DNA of 64,000 nucleotides from Macrostomum lignano (lineage: Eukaryota), in contig NIVC01000859.1 of the NCBI GenBank assembly GCA_002269645.1, forward strand, positions 310,001 to 374,000. The letters are read 5' to 3'. This document shows positions 60,335 through 64,000 of the stretch, one piece after another. Positions within the stretch are counted from its first letter, which is position 1. Each line of letters begins with the position of its first letter. The translations under genes and the position numbers were made by a program. The notes under the pieces are model-generated. The model did no database searches. It was not told the DNA's origin and saw only the letters and a program-made list of their open reading frames with translations.

Positions 60335-60370
60335 GCGACATGTTTCGCCTCGCGTCAGGCATCGTCAGGC
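60335..60370 (-). ncRNA. Minimal hammerhead ribozyme motif (orphan)
   Basis: Reverse strand: GC-CUGACGA-U-GCCU(gacgcg)AGGC-GAAA-CAUG-UC^GC. Perfect 4-bp stem II, palindromic stem III ACAUGU, GUC triplet. Stem I is weak. Confidence 0.65.
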
Positions 60371-60499
60371 TCTTAAAATTAGTAACGACTAGCAATCTTT
60401 GCCCCCCGATGGGGGACATCTGGATAGAATCCTTGTTCTTTACAAATAACAAATAGACAGCGAAATAAAGCCTTCATAAAAAAAAGGGACATTCCCTCT

Positions 60500-63400
60500 A
60501 AAAACAAAACATCCCAAGACAGCAAGCATCCTCAGACAGCATTCAAGCATCGATCCCCAAATAGCGAAATCCTCCAGACTGCAAGCATCCCCCAGATAGC
60601 AAGCATCCCCCCCCGATAGCAAGCAACCCCAGATAGCAAGCATCCCCCAGATAGCAAGCATCCCCCAGACCTCAGATAGTAAGCATCCCCCAGACCTCAG
60701 ATAGTAAGCATCCCCCAGACTGCAAGCAACCCCTGATAGCAAGCATCCCCCAGATAGTAAGCATCCCCCAGACTGCAAGCAACCCCTGATAGCAAGCATC
60801 CCCCAGATAGCAAGCATCCCCCAGATAGCAAGCATCACCCAGACCGCAAGCAACCCCAGATAGCAAGCATTAACCTGGATACAAAGAGACCTTATATATA
60901 TCTAGCAACCCCCTCTTAGATAGCAAGTACCCTCCACCCCCCAAGAGCAAGCATCTCCCAATAGCAAGTTACCCCAGTAGCAAGCATCCTTCCGATAGCA
61001 AGTATCCATCCTTAAATAGCAAGCATCCACCAGAGAAAGTAGCTAGTGCAACAATTTCCTTAGATTTATAGTGGCTCCATTTTGTTTGGCATGACACTTC
61101 TTTTATGTTTTAAACGGTGTCTTTTTTATGTTTAAAAAGGTGGCTCTTTAATGTTGACATAGTGGCTTCTATGTTTACCATGGCGGCCCTTTTACGTTTG
61201 AAATGTTGTCTCTGTTATGTTTGACATGGTGGCTCTTCTATGTTTGACATGGGTCTCTTCTTTGTTTGACATGGTGGCTTAGTTGTTTGACATGGTGGCT
61301 CTTTTCTGTTTGACATGCAGTCACATATATGTTTGACATGATGGCGCTTTAATGTTTGACATGGAGTCACGTATATGTTTGACATGGTGGCTCTTTTATG
61401 TTTAACATAGTGGCTCTTTAATGTTCGACATGGTGGCTCTTTAATGTTTGACATTGAGTCACGTAAAAGTTTGACATGATGGCTCTTTTATATTTTACAT
61501 GGTGGCTCTTTATGTTTGACATGGTGTCTCTTCTATGTTTCACATGGTGGCTTTTTAATGTTCGCCATGGTGGCTCTTCTATGTTTGACATGCAGTCACA
61601 TATATGTTTGACATGATGGCGCTTTAATGTTTGACATGGAGTCACGTATATGTTTAAAATGGTGGCTCTTTTATGTTTGATATGGTGGCTCTTTTATGTT
61701 TGGCATGGTGACTCTTTTATGTTTGACATGGTGGCTCTTTAATGTTCGACATGGTGGCTCTTTAATGTTTGACATTGAGTCACGTATACGTTTGACATGA
61801 TGGCTCTTTTATATTTTACATGGTAGCTCTTTTATATTTTACATGGTGGTTCTTTAATGTTCGACATGGTGGCTCTTTAATGTTTGACGTAGTGGCTCTT
61901 TAATGTTTGAGATGGAGTCACGTGTATGTTTCACATGGTGGCTCTTTAATATTTGACATGAAGTCACGTGTTTGTTTGACATAGTGGCTCTTTTATGTTC
62001 GACATGGTGGCTCTTTAATGTTTGACGTGGTGGCTCTTTAATGTTTGACATGATGGCTCTTTAATGTTTGACATAGTGGCTCTTTAATGTTCGACATGGT
62101 GGCTCTTTAATGTTTTACGTGGTGGCTGTTTAATGTTTGACATGGTGGCTCTTTAATGTTTGTCATGGTGGCTCTTTAATGTTTGACATGGTGGCTCTTT
62201 AATGTTCGGCATGGTGGCTCTTTTATGTTTGACATGGTGTCTCTTTTATGTTTGACATGTAGTCACGTATATGTTCGACATGGTGGCTCTTTTATGTTTG
62301 ACATGTTGTCTCTTTTATGTTTGACATGTAGTCACGTATATGTTTGACATGGTGGCTCTTTTATGTTTGACATGGTGGCTGTTTAATATTCGACATACAA
62401 AAAAGCCTATAAAAAGAAAACCGACAAACTGCTCAGATGAAGTGCAATGCAAAAAGAAATCATCCCAAGACAGCAAGCATCACCCAGAGAGAAAGCATCC
62501 CCCAGATAGCAAGTACCCCCCAGATAGCAAGCATCACCCAGATAGCAAGCACCCCCCAGATAGCAAGCATCCCCCAGATAACAAGCACCCCCCCCCCCAG
62601 ATAGCAAGCATCCCCCAGATAGCAAGCATCCCCCAGATAGCAAGCATCCCCCAGATATGAATAGCAAGTACCCCCCCAGATAGCAAGCATCCCCCAGATA
62701 GCAAGCATCCCCCAGATAGCAAGTACCCCCCCCCCCAGATAGCAAGCATCCCCCAGATAGCAAGCACCCCCCAGATAGCAAGCATCCCCCAGATAGCAAG
62801 CATCCCCCAGAAAGCAAGCACCCCCAGTTAGCAAGCATTCCCCAGATAGCAAGCATCCCCCACATAGCAAGCATCCACCATACAATAAGTAGCTAGTGCG
62901 AAAATTTCCTTAGCTTTATAGTGGCTCCTTTAAAATTGGCATGATTTAAAATTGGCATTGGCTGGCAATACTTTTACGTTTGAAATTGTGTATATTTTAT
63001 GCTTGACATGGTGGCTCTCTTATGTCTGACATGGTGGCTCTATTATGTTAACATGGTGCCTCTTTTATGTTTAACATGGTGGCTCATTTATGTTTGACAT
63101 GGTGGCTCTTTATTGTTTGACATGGTGGCTCTTTAATGTTCGAAATGGTGGTTCTTTAATGTTCGAAATGGTGGTTCTTTAATGTTTGACATAAAGTCAC
63201 TTTTACGTTGGACATAGTGGCTCTTTAATGTTTGACATGGTGGCTTTTTAATGTTTGACATGGTGGCTCTTTAATGTTTGACATGGTGGCTCTTTAATAT
63301 TCTACATGGTGGCTCTTTAATGTTCGACATGGTGGCTTTTTAATGTTCGACATGGTGGCTCTTTTATGTTTGACATGGTGGCTCTTTAATGTTCGAAATA

Positions 63401-63745
63401 GTTGGTTCTTTAGTGTTTGACACGGTGGCTTTTTAATGTTCGACATAGTGGCTCTTTAATATTCTACATTGTGGCTCTTTTATGTTCGATATGGTGATTC
63501 TTTGATTTTATTCACGGTGGCTCTTTAATATTCGAAATGGTGGCTCTTTAATGTTTGACATTCTAGCTCTTTAATGTTCGACATAGTGGCTCTTTTATGT
63601 TTGCCATGGTGGCTCTTTAATGTTCTTCACGGTGGCTCTTTTATGTTTTACATGGTGGCTCTTTAATGTTTGACATAGAGTCACGTAGATGTTTTACATG
63701 GTGCCCATGTAATGTTTGACATGGAGCCTCTTTTATGTTTGACAT
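60500..63745. repeat. Compound satellite: [18-bp array - spacer - 23-bp array] x2
   Basis: 18-mer CCCAGATAGCAAGCATCC at ~60510-61030 and ~62460-62885; 23-mer TTTGACATGGTGGCTCTTTAATG at ~61085-62395 and ~62995-63745; shared spacer AGTAGCTAGTGC..AATTTCCTTAG.TTTATAGTGGCTCC. Confidence 0.92.
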
Positions 63746-63799
63746 TGTGCTTTTTTATGTTTAGCAGTTTCGTGTTTTCAAGGTGTTTGAATAAAAAAA

Positions 63800-63875
63800 A
63801 TTATTTTGCACTTCTAAGATTCGAACCGAGGTCGCTACGTTGGCAGTCCAGTCTGTTCGTATCTAGGCTATCTCT
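63800..63875 (-). other. Degenerate tRNA-like / SINE-head sequence
   Basis: Reverse strand TAGCCTAGAT...GGTTCGAATC followed by a T-run. The acceptor stem does not pair, so this is not a functional tRNA. Confidence 0.35.
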
Positions 63876-64000
63876 TTTCAATTGGTGTACATGAATTGTG
63901 GCCCTTATAATTAAATTCTTACAGCAAGTCAATTAAAGTAAAAAGTTATGACATAATCAATTTCTCAGTCAGCCAGTATCAGTCTCAGTTCAAGTTAGCA

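Noticed and set aside
63800-63875. tRNA-Gly(GCC) gene
   Set aside because: A- and B-box-like motifs are present, but the acceptor and D stems do not pair. Listed only as a tRNA-like relic.

Overview
Eukaryotic (animal) genomic DNA: AT-rich intergenic sequence, GC-richer coding exons, GT-AG introns, and many introns filled with a different mini- or microsatellite. The style suggests a free-living flatworm such as Macrostomum, but this is an inference only. Genes rebuilt by hand from splice sites and reading phase: a 15-exon P4-ATPase flippase (ATP8A-like, 1764-24839); two tandem SLC24/NCKX-family Na+/Ca2+ exchanger paralogs (28007-33477, 38361-44493); two small secreted WSC+PAN/Apple-like genes between them; and several uncharacterised coiled-coil ORFs (45872-58371), two of them disrupted. 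Mobile DNA: a 5'-truncated Penelope-like GIY-YIG retroelement with an inverted pseudo-LTR carrying two minimal hammerhead ribozymes, two tRNA-derived SINE families (one copy with a 13-bp TSD), a TA-flanked TIR element, MITE-like hairpins and a LINE 3' fragment. Main leads: (1) the NCKX paralogs differ at the residue known to set K+-dependence (SNVFD vs SNVFN); (2) an orphan hammerhead with an intact core lies next to a duplicated ~1.95-kb compound satellite; (3) a 15-nt microexon / alternative terminal exon could include or drop the flippase GYAFS autoregulatory tail; (4) the secreted WSC-PAN pair; (5) a TGACA core shared by unrelated satellites. Most long ORFs in the supplied track are repeat translations, not genes. 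No CRISPR, rRNA or intact tRNA gene was found.
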